The translations under genes and the position numbers were made by a program. DNA of 64,000 nucleotides, from assembly GCA_001662655.1 (NCBI GenBank), contig KV460262.1. One strand, given 5' to 3'. Positions 47,831-57,479 of this stretch are shown here, in pieces. The notes under the pieces are model-generated. The model searched no databases, had not been told where the DNA came from, and was given only the letters and a program-made list of their open reading frames with translations. How positions within the stretch are numbered: position 1 is the first letter of the stretch; each line of letters opens with the position of its first letter. The stretch is from Pseudogymnoascus verrucosus (lineage: Eukaryota).

Positions 47831-49784
47831 ATGCTTATAAGTTTAGCAACGAAACTAAACTTAATTACAAGGCCTAAGATTATCCCGTTTACATCAAAGG
47901 CCCTTTCTACATGCACCCTCTCATATATCTTGAAAATGCCGCCGAAAAAATCACCTGCTATTAACGGTAAACGCAAAGGCCCACCTTCAGCAGAATCAGC
48001 TCATAGTAACGAATCTCACAAAAAGCCAAAAGTCAACGATGACTCCATAAATCCTCTCTCAGCATCCCATCCCAAAGCACAAGAAGCGGAAAGAAATGGC
48101 ATCACACTTCGAGCATTTTATGGGCCCGAGATGTCCAATACGCATGCTCTCGCGTACAAGAATGGCCAAATTGCTAGACCAATCGAAGTTCTAAATTCTG
48201 CACTTTTCGAAACCAAGCCGAAGCGGGAGCAGATCGAAGTTAGCAACGCAGTGGTCCATTGGTTCAGGTGTGATTTGCGGATGCGAGATAACAGGTCTCT
48301 CTATGCTGCGAGTAAGAAGGCGAGGGAGAACGGCGTTCCCTTAATCACCATGTACATCGTTAGTCAGCAGGATTTCGAGGCACATCTGGTGTCGCCTGCT
48401 AGAGTGGATTTCATATTGCGGACGCTAAGGGTCTTAAGGGAAGATCTAGCAAAGCTTGATATTCCACTTTATGTAGAGACTCTAGAGAAGAGAAAGAAGA
48501 TTCCCGGGAGGATATTGGAGCTTGTAAAGGAATGGGGATCAGATCATTTATTTACTAATGCGGAGTATGAAGTCGATGAATTGAGAAGAGATGCAAGCCT
48601 AGTCAGAGAATGTCTAGAGATCGGGGTTGCAATGGACGTTCTGTCGGATACCTGTGTTGTGAAGCCTGGGGACCTAGTGAGTAAGTCCGGAACACAGTAT
48701 TCTGTGTACACTCCATGGTATCGTGCTTGGGTTGCATATATCCATGAGAATCCTCTGTTGCTCGATCTTTCTGAAGCACCTAACAAGAATCTCAATGGCG
48801 CAAGGCAAAAATACCTCAAGCTATTCGAGAGCACCATACCCAACGAAGTCGAGCATAAAAAGCTAAGTGACGAAGAAACAGAGAGGTTTTGCTCTATGTG
48901 GCCAGCAGGAGAGCATGACGCACACAGGCGCCTTATAAAATTTATAGACGAACGAATTGGAGGGTACAAAGCACACAGGAACAATCTTTCAGAACAATCA
49001 ACTTCGTCGCTTAGCGTCCACTTGGCTAGCGGCACCCTGAGTGCGAGAACAGCAGTTAGAATGGCGCGAGATCACAACCGTATCAAGAGGCTAGATGGTG
49101 GGGTTGAAGGTATTCTGACCTGGATCAGCGAGATTGCATGGCGAGACTTCTACAAGCATGTCTTAGCCCACTGGCCATATATCTGGTATGTGATTCTTAC
49201 GTTTTTAAGGCATGTGTCTAACGGTTCTTAGTATGAATAAGCCATTTAAACTGGAGTACACTAACATAGAATGGGAATACAATCAAGATCAATTTGAAGC
49301 CTGGTCCAAAGGTCGGACAGGATACCCAGTAGTTGACGCAGCAATGCGCCAACTGAACAGCTGTGGTTGGATGCACAATCGCGGCCGGATGATCGCGGCA
49401 TCCTTCCTAGCAAAGCATCTCCTTCTCGACTGGCGCATAGGTGAGAGGTATTTCATGGAGCACTTAATCGATGGAGATTTTGCCTCGAACAACGGGGGCT
49501 GGGGATTTAGTGCCTCGACAGGAGTTGATCCTCAGCCATATTTTAGAATCTTCAACCCCCTCTTGCAGAGCGAAAAATTCGACCCCGAAGGAGAATATAT
49601 CAAGAGATGGGTTCCCGAGCTAAGGGGTATCGCGGGCAAGGCAATTCATGATCCGTATGATAGGGGAAAGGGAGCTGAGGCGAAAAAGTGCGGGTACCCG
49701 GAGCGGATAGTGGATCACAAGGAGAGTAGGGACCGGTGTTTAGCTAGGTATAAAGAGGGCTTGGGACGAAAGAGCTACTCCTAA
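47831..49784 (+). CDS. PHR1: Class I CPD photolyase; exons 47831 (or 47936)-49185, 49232-49784
   Basis: VHWFRCDLRMRDN, NAEYEVDE, SVYTPW, TSSLSVHLASGTLSAR, EIAWRDFY, GRTGYPVVDAAMRQL..GWMHNRGRM, DGDFASNNGGW and YFRIFNP. 46-nt intron. Confidence 0.95.
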
Positions 49785-50005
49785 ATACTCCAGAGTGCTC
49801 CTTTAAGAAAATGATGTTTCATTGTTGCCCTTGCGCCTGATTTGCTAAGGGTCTGCTTTTATGACGAAGCCGTTGCGTCATCCACCTCCCTCCTCTAAAA
49901 AAGTGTCACATTCCGCAATTCACCTCCTACAAAACCCCCTCACACCTTCCCTTCAAAGGAACTCCCCCCTCGTGGAATCCTCTGTACATACACACACACA
50001 AAACA

Positions 50006-50140
50006 ATGGCAACTGAACTCCCCGTTCTCGGCGCCACTGCCAACAAAGGCGCTAATGGCTCCACCACCGACTCCTTCACCGTAAAGACCAGCCCGGCCCG
50101 TATGTTGCAGGGTAGCGTCATTATGGACGTCGTCGACGCA
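50006..50140 (+). pseudogene. PDX1: 5' fragment of pyridoxal-5'-phosphate synthase subunit Pdx1/Snz1
   Basis: MATELPV..DSFTVKTSPARMLQGSVIMDVVDA versus the canonical [24 protein letters not shown]. Truncated after about 45 codons. Confidence 0.8.
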
Positions 50141-50142
50141 GC

Positions 50143-50370
50143 TCTACTATTATGAGAGCTGGTTTGAAGGCGGGGTCGTTACTCATTGTGGTGGTGGTGG
50201 TGGTGATGTTGTTGTTGATAGCTGGCGGGGTTTTTGGTGGGGTAAAGGGTGGTAACGCGCGGTGAGACTGCTGATGGATGCGATGGATGTGTGGGGTTTA
50301 TAGTTTTCAATAGGTGTAATTAAATGGGTGGTGTGATATGAACGTTACTCTGCGGAATTTATCTTGCTCC
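50143..50370 (-). pseudogene. Diverged duplicate of the PNC1 first codons and promoter
   Basis: ATG at 50186 gives MSNDPAFKPALIIV versus MAEPAFEPALIIV. 50187-50370 aligns to 35973-36230 (GGGGTAAAGGGTGGTAACGCG, GATGCGATGGATGTGTGGG, AAATGGGTGGTGTGA) with an internal deletion. Confidence 0.85.
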
Positions 50371-50530
50371 CTAGGCTGCGTCACGGGGGACTGACCCTAT
50401 CAGTTGACCGACCCCAGACCAGACCATGGTCTGGCCTAGTCTCAAAATTTAGGACCGGACCGTAGTCTAGCGTGAGTTACAGTCTAAAGCCTCTAACTCA
50501 CGGTCCTCGAATGGTCTGCTAAGTAAACCG
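50371..50530 (+). mobile_element. Possible hAT-like element left end
   Basis: Starts TAGGCTGCGTCACGG exactly where homology to the PNC1 promoter ends, with many GACC/GGTC subterminal motifs and a TA-rich tract after it. No matching inverted end was found. Confidence 0.35.
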
Positions 50531-51117
50531 TTTAATAGATAGGAGATTATGTACATAGCTTAAATTGTATGTAAATCCCTAATTACTACAATTAGTCTCT
50601 TAGTGCACTAGAACAGAAGCTTCGTAGTAAATGCAGTATGTAAAGTAAATAGATTAATTGAATTTCTACTCTATGTTATACGCCTACGTATTCTACTTAT
50701 ACGGGAAGCCGCGAAACCCTGACATGATAAGGGCTATTCAGCTTTAGCTGCGAAGGATTTCGTGGCTTGCATAAGGCCTACACCCACGGAGCTTCCGAAC
50801 CAACCAGGGAGTCGGACTTTACGCCGGAGAAATCCTCCGGTTTCAGGGCCAATAGCCCAGCGATCCTGGCGCCTACGTCTTTCCCCCTTCAACATACTTA
50901 TGCCACCATAGTTAATAAAGTCGCTCTTGGCCCCTGCGTGCGGCTGAGGTTGCTGCAAGGAGTCTATTATAGGAAATGAGCTCCCAATGCCTGCTAGACA
51001 ATGATTATGAAGCAGCCTACTTACCCTTTTAAAGGGCAGTGGCACCGGGTGCCTACGACTGTAAATTTTTGTCTTGACTTAGCTCGAGAACTCTAGCACT
51101 CAATCTCCGTGATTAGC

Positions 51118-53325
51118 ATGGAGCTGTCTAGAAGCGAAAAAGATGCCACGGTTTACGACACAAAACCTCATCTTTTATCAGTCGAAGAGAACGATGACCA
51201 GTGGATTCACCGCCCTCCGCTTCATGTTCCGTTAGATGGGGGAGCGCTACCTTCGTTAGATTCGAGTGCAACCAGCTATCGCTTTGAGCGATATATATTT
51301 CGGGCTGTTCTCAACGCTCTTGGCCCCATCATCGTTACGCTGTTCTACTTTCTTATTCTAAGGTATTATCTGTGGGAGCCCGCTGAGAATGGTATCATCC
51401 CCTCTCGCCCTGTGAATTCTAGGGGCGTTTTCTTTGCCTGGCTCATTCTCAGTATTTTCGTCCTCGACTGGGCAAAGTCTGGCCTCGCCGGGTTTGAGGC
51501 GGCGGCTCTTATGAAACCAGAATATGCACCGTTAGACGGTCGCAAGTTCATGTGGCATATCGACCGCGGCTGGGGCTCTTTAAGCAGTTGGTGGCAGGTT
51601 TTGCTCCTCACGTTTCGATATGTCTACAAGAAGATGCGTGCTGGCAAGGAACCGGTGGAGTGGGAAGGGCCCGGGCTACTCTGGTTCTACCTGGCTTTTT
51701 GCAGCTTTTTGTTCTACGCGGTTGTGCCACTCTCTGGGCTATCCATGGAGCCTACGGAGGCCCTGCAACTGGCCAAACGTGCCATTGCGATCTCGGGCAC
51801 CAACCAGACTACGTTCCAAATGCAGCCGTCGAATGCTGTCGCTGATTTGGCCAGTTATAGCTGGCGACAAGGTCGTCCGACAACCCCGGAAGGAGCTACT
51901 ATTCTTTACGCTCCCGATGGTACCCCAGATGTCAGCAGTACATTTTACGAAGATATGATCCAGTCGGACTATCAGAGTCGCCTGCTGGATAACTCTGGCA
52001 GTCTCAACAGTACGATCACTTTCTTCTCCGGTCCCGAAGTTAGTGAACGAGCGCATGGCAGGGCATGGGGAATGCTGACAAGTATTTCCTGTATGCCTGT
52101 CCATCCCTATAGGGACCTCGAGCTTCTCAGTGTCACGGCTATTAATAAATGGAGTAGTCCTGTTTGGACTACGACATCCAAGGACTATGTTAATGGAACT
52201 TCTGGGCCTTACGCCGCGAGCGGATTCGAACCCGTGCATTTTGCGGAGGGGACAGGTCTAGGCTTGAAGTACCAATATCTGATGGCGAGCAATCTGGGCA
52301 TATTTGCCGGCCTCGCCAGGTATGACAACGAGACCCGCCTGCCCGTTCTAGGTGCGATAGAATTGGTTATGTGGCAGGCATTCGACACGATAGTTGGCTA
52401 TATACCCGACGAGACATTCAAAAACATGTCATCTCACCCCCTAGTTGAGTCTTCCTTCTCAAGCCGAGATAACAAGACATACCTAGGCTACGGTGTTCGC
52501 TGCTCTGTGAACTCAACAGTCGGCGCAGCCACTATCTCAGCAGTGACAAATACCTTTACAGACTTCAAGACCCAAGTAGCTAGTCTGAAGGCTACTCGTG
52601 TTGGAGCGCAAATCACCACAACCTCAGGAGTAATGGGACTACAATCCCTGGTCTTCTCCGCATTCACATCAGTCCTCCTCGGCTACCAAGGCTTCCCCAA
52701 ATGCTCCTCCTTCTCCGTCTTCTGCACCGGCCCCATCGGCGCCAACCTAGCCACCAACGGAATCCCCTCTTTCGCACCAATCCAAAAATCCCCCCCCGGC
52801 TCCGAAAGCGAATACACCGGCGGGCTGATGCAGTACCCCTCCATCTCGCCCGAGCGCATGAACCTAGCAATGTACAAGCTCTTCGGCGAGCTCTCCATGG
52901 GCGTCATGTCCACCGGCCCTGGCAACTGGACGTCCACCCCCAACGCGACGTCGGATCTAGGCCTTGTCGGCCTCGAGCCCGCACACGACATCGAGCAGGG
53001 CCGTGTGCCGTATAGGGTGGTGCTCGTGCTCCTCCTTCTGTGGGCTGTCGTCACTGTTCTTCCGCAGCTGCTGCTGCCGGGGTTACTGGTTGAGCGCCGC
53101 TGGGGCGAAAAACTGGATGGCTTTACGATGTTTAGGTTTGGTGCTGAGTGGCGAGATAGCGTGCATAGTTTGCGGTCGAGGGAGCTGGGTGGACCGGGCG
53201 CGGCGGCTTTGGGCGAGATTCCGGGGATGATTGGGGATATGAGGGCTGGGGAGATGGAGACGGGGTTTGTGGGGTTGAGTAGGGAGAAGGCGAAGTTGAG
53301 GAGGGTGTATAGCTATGCTAGGTAG
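51118..53325 (+). CDS. Hypothetical membrane glycoprotein (~735 aa; 3 N-terminal TM helices, large luminal region, 1 C-terminal TM helix)
   Basis: Long intact ORF with hydrophobic segments, N-glycosylation sequons and C-terminal LDGFTMFRFGA. Confidence 0.8.
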   Translation: MELSRSEKDATVYDTKPHLLSVEENDDQWIHRPPLHVPLDGGALPSLDSSATSYRFERYIFRAVLNALGPIIVTLFYFLILRYYLWEPAENGIIPSRPVNSRGVFFAWLILSIFVLDWAKSGLAGFEAAALMKPEYAPLDGRKFMWHIDRGWGSLSSWWQVLLLTFRYVYKKMRAGKEPVEWEGPGLLWFYLAFCSFLFYAVVPLSGLSMEPTEALQLAKRAIAISGTNQTTFQMQPSNAVADLASYSWRQGRPTTPEGATILYAPDGTPDVSSTFYEDMIQSDYQSRLLDNSGSLNSTITFFSGPEVSERAHGRAWGMLTSISCMPVHPYRDLELLSVTAINKWSSPVWTTTSKDYVNGTSGPYAASGFEPVHFAEGTGLGLKYQYLMASNLGIFAGLARYDNETRLPVLGAIELVMWQAFDTIVGYIPDETFKNMSSHPLVESSFSSRDNKTYLGYGVRCSVNSTVGAATISAVTNTFTDFKTQVASLKATRVGAQITTTSGVMGLQSLVFSAFTSVLLGYQGFPKCSSFSVFCTGPIGANLATNGIPSFAPIQKSPPGSESEYTGGLMQYPSISPERMNLAMYKLFGELSMGVMSTGPGNWTSTPNATSDLGLVGLEPAHDIEQGRVPYRVVLVLLLLWAVVTVLPQLLLPGLLVERRWGEKLDGFTMFRFGAEWRDSVHSLRSRELGGPGAAALGEIPGMIGDMRAGEMETGFVGLSREKAKLRRVYSYAR

Positions 53326-53480
53326 AGGGGTTGATATATGGAAGATATTAATGGTATATAATCCAATTGCTAGAGCCGTCGGGTGTCAATACTACCGAAG
53401 TATAGGAACGGGTTCACAAGAACCAGTCTCTTACTCGGACTGAAGACAGTTCGGTCTAACAGATCACATCCTCCCTTTCC

Positions 53481-53530
53481 TAGTAGGTAGGTAGGTAGGT
53501 GACTACTAGCAAATACCTACTGTTGTATGT
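53481..53530 (+). pseudogene. Degenerate 5S rRNA 3' fragment
   Basis: GTAGGTAGGTGACTACTAGCAAATACCTACTGTTGTATGT plus a T-run. Aligns to 5S nt ~75-119 mostly by transitions. Confidence 0.82.
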
Positions 53531-53762
53531 TTTTATCTTATGGCGAAATGCAAATAAATAACTATGTTCTACGGTTTATTTATATTCTAGCCTATTTCGA
53601 ACGAAGATACCGATATAGCTATGATATAGAGCTATTTCCATCCCTCCAAAAGCAGAACCTCAGCCATGCATTCCAGCTATAATCCTCATAACCTAGCGCC
53701 CCAGCAACACCAGCAACACCAGCAATTAAAACTCCCACCCATCATATATACCCCCCAAACCC

Positions 53763-54779
53763 TCAGTTCAACAACACTTCCCCAACCACACCCCCAGCAA
53801 CCACCTCCACCACCTCCACCACCTCCACCACCTCCCCAGCTTTCTCCCTCCTCCTCTTTTCAGCCCAAACCCCCAACTCCCTCCAAATCTTCTCCTTCTC
53901 CGCCTGCGTCGGGTTCGCCGCAAGCCCGCTCGTAGTCGTCGCCACAAAGACCCTCGCACCCTTCCACACCTCCCCCTCCTCCCCCTCCTCCTTCAAACCA
54001 TCAGGCTTCCCAATCGCCTCACTATCATCCTGCCATCCATACCTAAACTCCTCTTTCTTAATCGCCCTCCCATGCCTCACCCTCCAAATGCTCTCCCAAA
54101 TACTTTTCCCGACAATACACACCGCTTCCGGTTTGAACATCCGCATCTTCTCTTCAAGCACCGCTACACTGTCGTCCATCTCCTGCTTACTCAACTCCGC
54201 ACCATTGCGTGTTGGGCGAGCAACGATATTCGTATTCCCCAAACTGTAAAGCGCAGGTAAACTCCTATCCTCAACCGGCTTCATCAACCGCGTAGTGAGT
54301 CCTGAGGAGTAAAGCAGTTTCCAGAACCGGTTGGAGGGGTGTGAGTACGCGTGCCCATCGGTAGCGGTGCGGAGGCCGGGGTTGAGACCGACGAAGGCGC
54401 ATATGAGATTTGGCTCGAGGATGTCGACTAGTTCGTTGAGGTGGGCGTATTTGGAAGGGTGGGCATAGCCGGCGGGGGTGCGGGAACGGGATTTTTTGCT
54501 TGGAGAGGAGGAGAGGGAGGGAGTGTTTGTTCCTCGCTTTCGGGGAGGGGAGGGGGAAGCGGAGGGCTCGATTTTGACAACTGAGGTCTGAGAGAGGGAA
54601 TTGGATGCCTCGACTTTGGGAGTGAGACTCCGAGGACTGCGGCGGAGGGTTTGAGTCGCAGGAGCCTCGAAAGCGAAGGAGGAGAGGTTGAGACGGCCTT
54701 TGAAGCTTGGTGAGGAGACGGGGATTGCCTCGAGAGTGGTATCCTCTGTTTTGAGAGTGAGGATTTTGGTTGCTGCCAT
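53763..54779 (-). CDS. G:T/U mismatch-specific DNA glycosylase (TDG/MUG family, Thp1-like)
   Basis: FVGLNPG..GHAYSHPSNRFW, GNTNIVARPT, VCIVGKSIWE and TTSGLAA. Likely start is MAATKIL at 54779. Confidence 0.92.
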   Translation of the reverse strand: MAATKILTLKTEDTTLEAIPVSSPSFKGRLNLSSFAFEAPATQTLRRSPRSLTPKVEASNSLSQTSVVKIEPSASPSPPRKRGTNTPSLSSSPSKKSRSRTPAGYAHPSKYAHLNELVDILEPNLICAFVGLNPGLRTATDGHAYSHPSNRFWKLLYSSGLTTRLMKPVEDRSLPALYSLGNTNIVARPTRNGAELSKQEMDDSVAVLEEKMRMFKPEAVCIVGKSIWESIWRVRHGRAIKKEEFRYGWQDDSEAIGKPDGLKEEGEEGEVWKGARVFVATTTSGLAANPTQAEKEKIWRELGVWAEKRRREKAGEVVEVVEVVEVVAGGVVGEVLLN

Positions 54780-55946
54780 GGTGATGGGTGTGGGGGGGTT
54801 GAGAATCCCGAGGCTGAAGATTTGAGGATTGAAGTTTAAGACTCGAGTCAGTGGTGTTACTATCGTCGCTGGCGCTGAAAATGATACCAGGGACTGGTTA
54901 AATGGCTTGAGACATGATAATGGGCTGTTAAACTTTAGATATATATGAACACAAGCCGCCTGACACCGTTGATGAGGTTGAAAAGGACCACAGGCAGACA
55001 ATGCCTCAATATTACAAGCCACAGTGGAACTCGACTACTCATATGCAACTGTATTAGTCCGAATCATACCATGGTAGCCTTGCAGCCTTGTCAGGAGATG
55101 GTCTCTCACCGCCTAGAGATTTGAATCGGCAGAATAAAGGAGAAGCCCATCGCAAGCCAAGAGTCCACTAGAGCCACCCACTAGAACCGTGCACAACCCA
55201 CTAAAAATCCAGGATGCAAGTGCCTCGACTGCCCTAAAATATCCCCCCAATACTGCCCGGAACTGCCCCTGTAACCCCCTAACATCCCCTGTAGAGATTT
55301 TCGTGTTATTTGCTGCGGTCGGTACACGGCAGATGCGTCTAATACGAGCATAATTGCCCCTCCAACTACGTACCCCCTACATAAAAATGGTCCAACCACT
55401 CCATAAAATAAACAATAAACACAAACCACAACCACAAACTTGGCTGCTGATTTTTATTTTTAGCACACAGTAATAAGATACTATAGAGATCCTCAATGTG
55501 GGCGGCTTCATCGAATCAGATCCTCCCGTGTTGTCCCGCACTGGCACTTTCCTTGCCTCTATCCCACCTATCCCACATATCCCACTCCCGATTCTCCAAT
55601 AAAGTGGTTCACACTCCGCCCTTGTCCGGCATGGATCTTCGTTCGTGTAAGAGCGTCACCCCGCCAGCCAAGCCCCACCGCCTCAACTGGAACACGAAGA
55701 GAGGGAACGGGTGAGGGGGGGCAAGGGGGGCGGTGGACTCAAATGAATTGAACAGGAGGCCATGACGACTCTCTTTCCAAGCTTTATAAACACCCATTGA
55801 CCACCACCAACTTTCTTTATCCCATTCATTCCCTCTCCATATCCCATTGTACACCTCAAGCTTCAAAGCTTCAAAGCTACCAACCAACCTCTCCCACCCT
55901 CCCACCTTCCACAACCCCCCCAACAACAAAACCACCACCACCCACC

Positions 55947-57479
55947 ATGGAAGCCGCCCAAACCCTCCTCCACAAGCTCACCAGCTCCTCCCCCTCCTCC
56001 CCCCCCCAACCCACCGCCACCGAGCTCCAGCAGCTCCGCGACACCTACGAGCGCGCCTCGCAATCCCACGTCTTCGCCTTCTACGACACCCTCACCCCCA
56101 CCGAGCAAGCGACCCTCTACGCCCAGCTCTCGCAATTCGACCCCGCGCGCATCAACGAGATCACCGACCGCGCCCTCAACCCGCCGAAGGTAGCTGAAGA
56201 TGCACCACACGCGGGTCTCGAGCCGCTCCCCGAAAGCGCTACAGCCAGCATTCTCGACTCCGCACCCGAAGATCTGCAGTCCTGGAATGACGCCGGGCTG
56301 GACCTGATCGCTGCCGGGAAAGTGGCTGTGCTCCTCCTCGCTGGGGGGCAGGGGACAAGACTCGGCAGCTCCGCGCCAAAGGGATGTTACGACATTGGAC
56401 TCCCTTCTAAGAAATCCCTCTTCCAGATCCAAGGTGAGCGCATCCGCAAGATCCAGCGCCTGGCCGAGAAGAAATCCGGCGCCGCGATCGGCTCCGTCAC
56501 CGTGCCCTGGTACGTGATGACCTCCGGCCCGACGCGGGGGCCAACAGAGGCGTATTTCCAGGAGCACGAGTACTTTGGGTTGAAGAAGGAGAATGTGCAT
56601 ATCTTCGAGCAGGGCGTGCTGCCGTGCATCTCTAACGAGGGGAAGATCCTGTTAGAATCTAAGGGCCGTGTTGCGGTTGCGCCGAATGGGAATGGTGGGA
56701 TTTACGAGGCGCTTGTGACGTCTAATATCACGGCTGATATGAGGGAGAGGGGGATTGAACATATCCACGCGTATTGTGTTGATAACTGCCTCGCCAAGGT
56801 CGCAGACCCAGTATTCATCGGTTTTTCGGCCTCAAAGAACGTTTCCATCGCCACGAAGGTCGTGCGTAAACGCAACGCCACCGAGTCCGTCGGCCTCATC
56901 CTCCTCAAGAACGGCAAGCCAGACGTAGTCGAGTACTCCGAGATCGACACCGCGACCGCCGAGGCAAAGGACCCCAAGCAACCCGACGTGCTGAAATTCC
57001 GCGCCGCAAACATCGTAAACCACTACTACTCCTTCGCCTTCCTCGAAACCATCCCCGCCTGGTCGGCGCAGCTCCCTCACCACGTCGCGCGCAAGAAGAT
57101 CCCCTTCGTCGACCCTACCAGCGGCGAGACCACCAAGCCGGAGAAACCGAATGGGATTAAACTCGAGATGTTCATCTTTGACGTGTTCCCCCTCCTCGAC
57201 TTGGAGAAGTTCGCGTGTATGGAGGTGAGGAGGGAGGATGAGTTTAGTCCGCTTAAGAATGCGAGGGGAACGGGGGAGGATGATCCGGATACTAGCAGGA
57301 GGGATGTGATGGCGCAGGGAGAGAGGTGGGTGAGGGAGGCGGGGGGGGTGGTGGTGTCAGAGGGGGAGAAGAAGGGGGTTGAGATTTCGCCGTTGGTGAG
57401 TTATGGGGGAGAGGGGCTGGAGAAGTTGAAGGGGACGGAGATTGTGGCGCCGGCGGTGTTGGAGAAGGAGTTGGAGTAG
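55947..57479 (+). CDS. UAP1: UDP-N-acetylglucosamine pyrophosphorylase
   Basis: [43 protein letters not shown] and EFSPLKN. Likely start is MEAAQ at 55947. Confidence 0.96.
   Translation: MEAAQTLLHKLTSSSPSSPPQPTATELQQLRDTYERASQSHVFAFYDTLTPTEQATLYAQLSQFDPARINEITDRALNPPKVAEDAPHAGLEPLPESATASILDSAPEDLQSWNDAGLDLIAAGKVAVLLLAGGQGTRLGSSAPKGCYDIGLPSKKSLFQIQGERIRKIQRLAEKKSGAAIGSVTVPWYVMTSGPTRGPTEAYFQEHEYFGLKKENVHIFEQGVLPCISNEGKILLESKGRVAVAPNGNGGIYEALVTSNITADMRERGIEHIHAYCVDNCLAKVADPVFIGFSASKNVSIATKVVRKRNATESVGLILLKNGKPDVVEYSEIDTATAEAKDPKQPDVLKFRAANIVNHYYSFAFLETIPAWSAQLPHHVARKKIPFVDPTSGETTKPEKPNGIKLEMFIFDVFPLLDLEKFACMEVRREDEFSPLKNARGTGEDDPDTSRRDVMAQGERWVREAGGVVVSEGEKKGVEISPLVSYGGEGLEKLKGTEIVAPAVLEKELE

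Larger units (their letters stand above)
47221..53480 (+). mobile_element. Putative 5S-targeted cargo element B (left end clear, right end eroded)
   Basis: 47221-~47410 is homologous to 36353-~36550. A degenerate 5S 3' fragment follows at 53481, but no intact right end or CAAGCTTG is visible there. Confidence 0.45.

Noticed and set aside
36353..53480. Captain tyrosine recombinase (DUF3435) gene
   Set aside because: I found no ORF or spliced fragments with recognisable tyrosine-recombinase motifs next to either left end, so the Starship assignment remains an inference.
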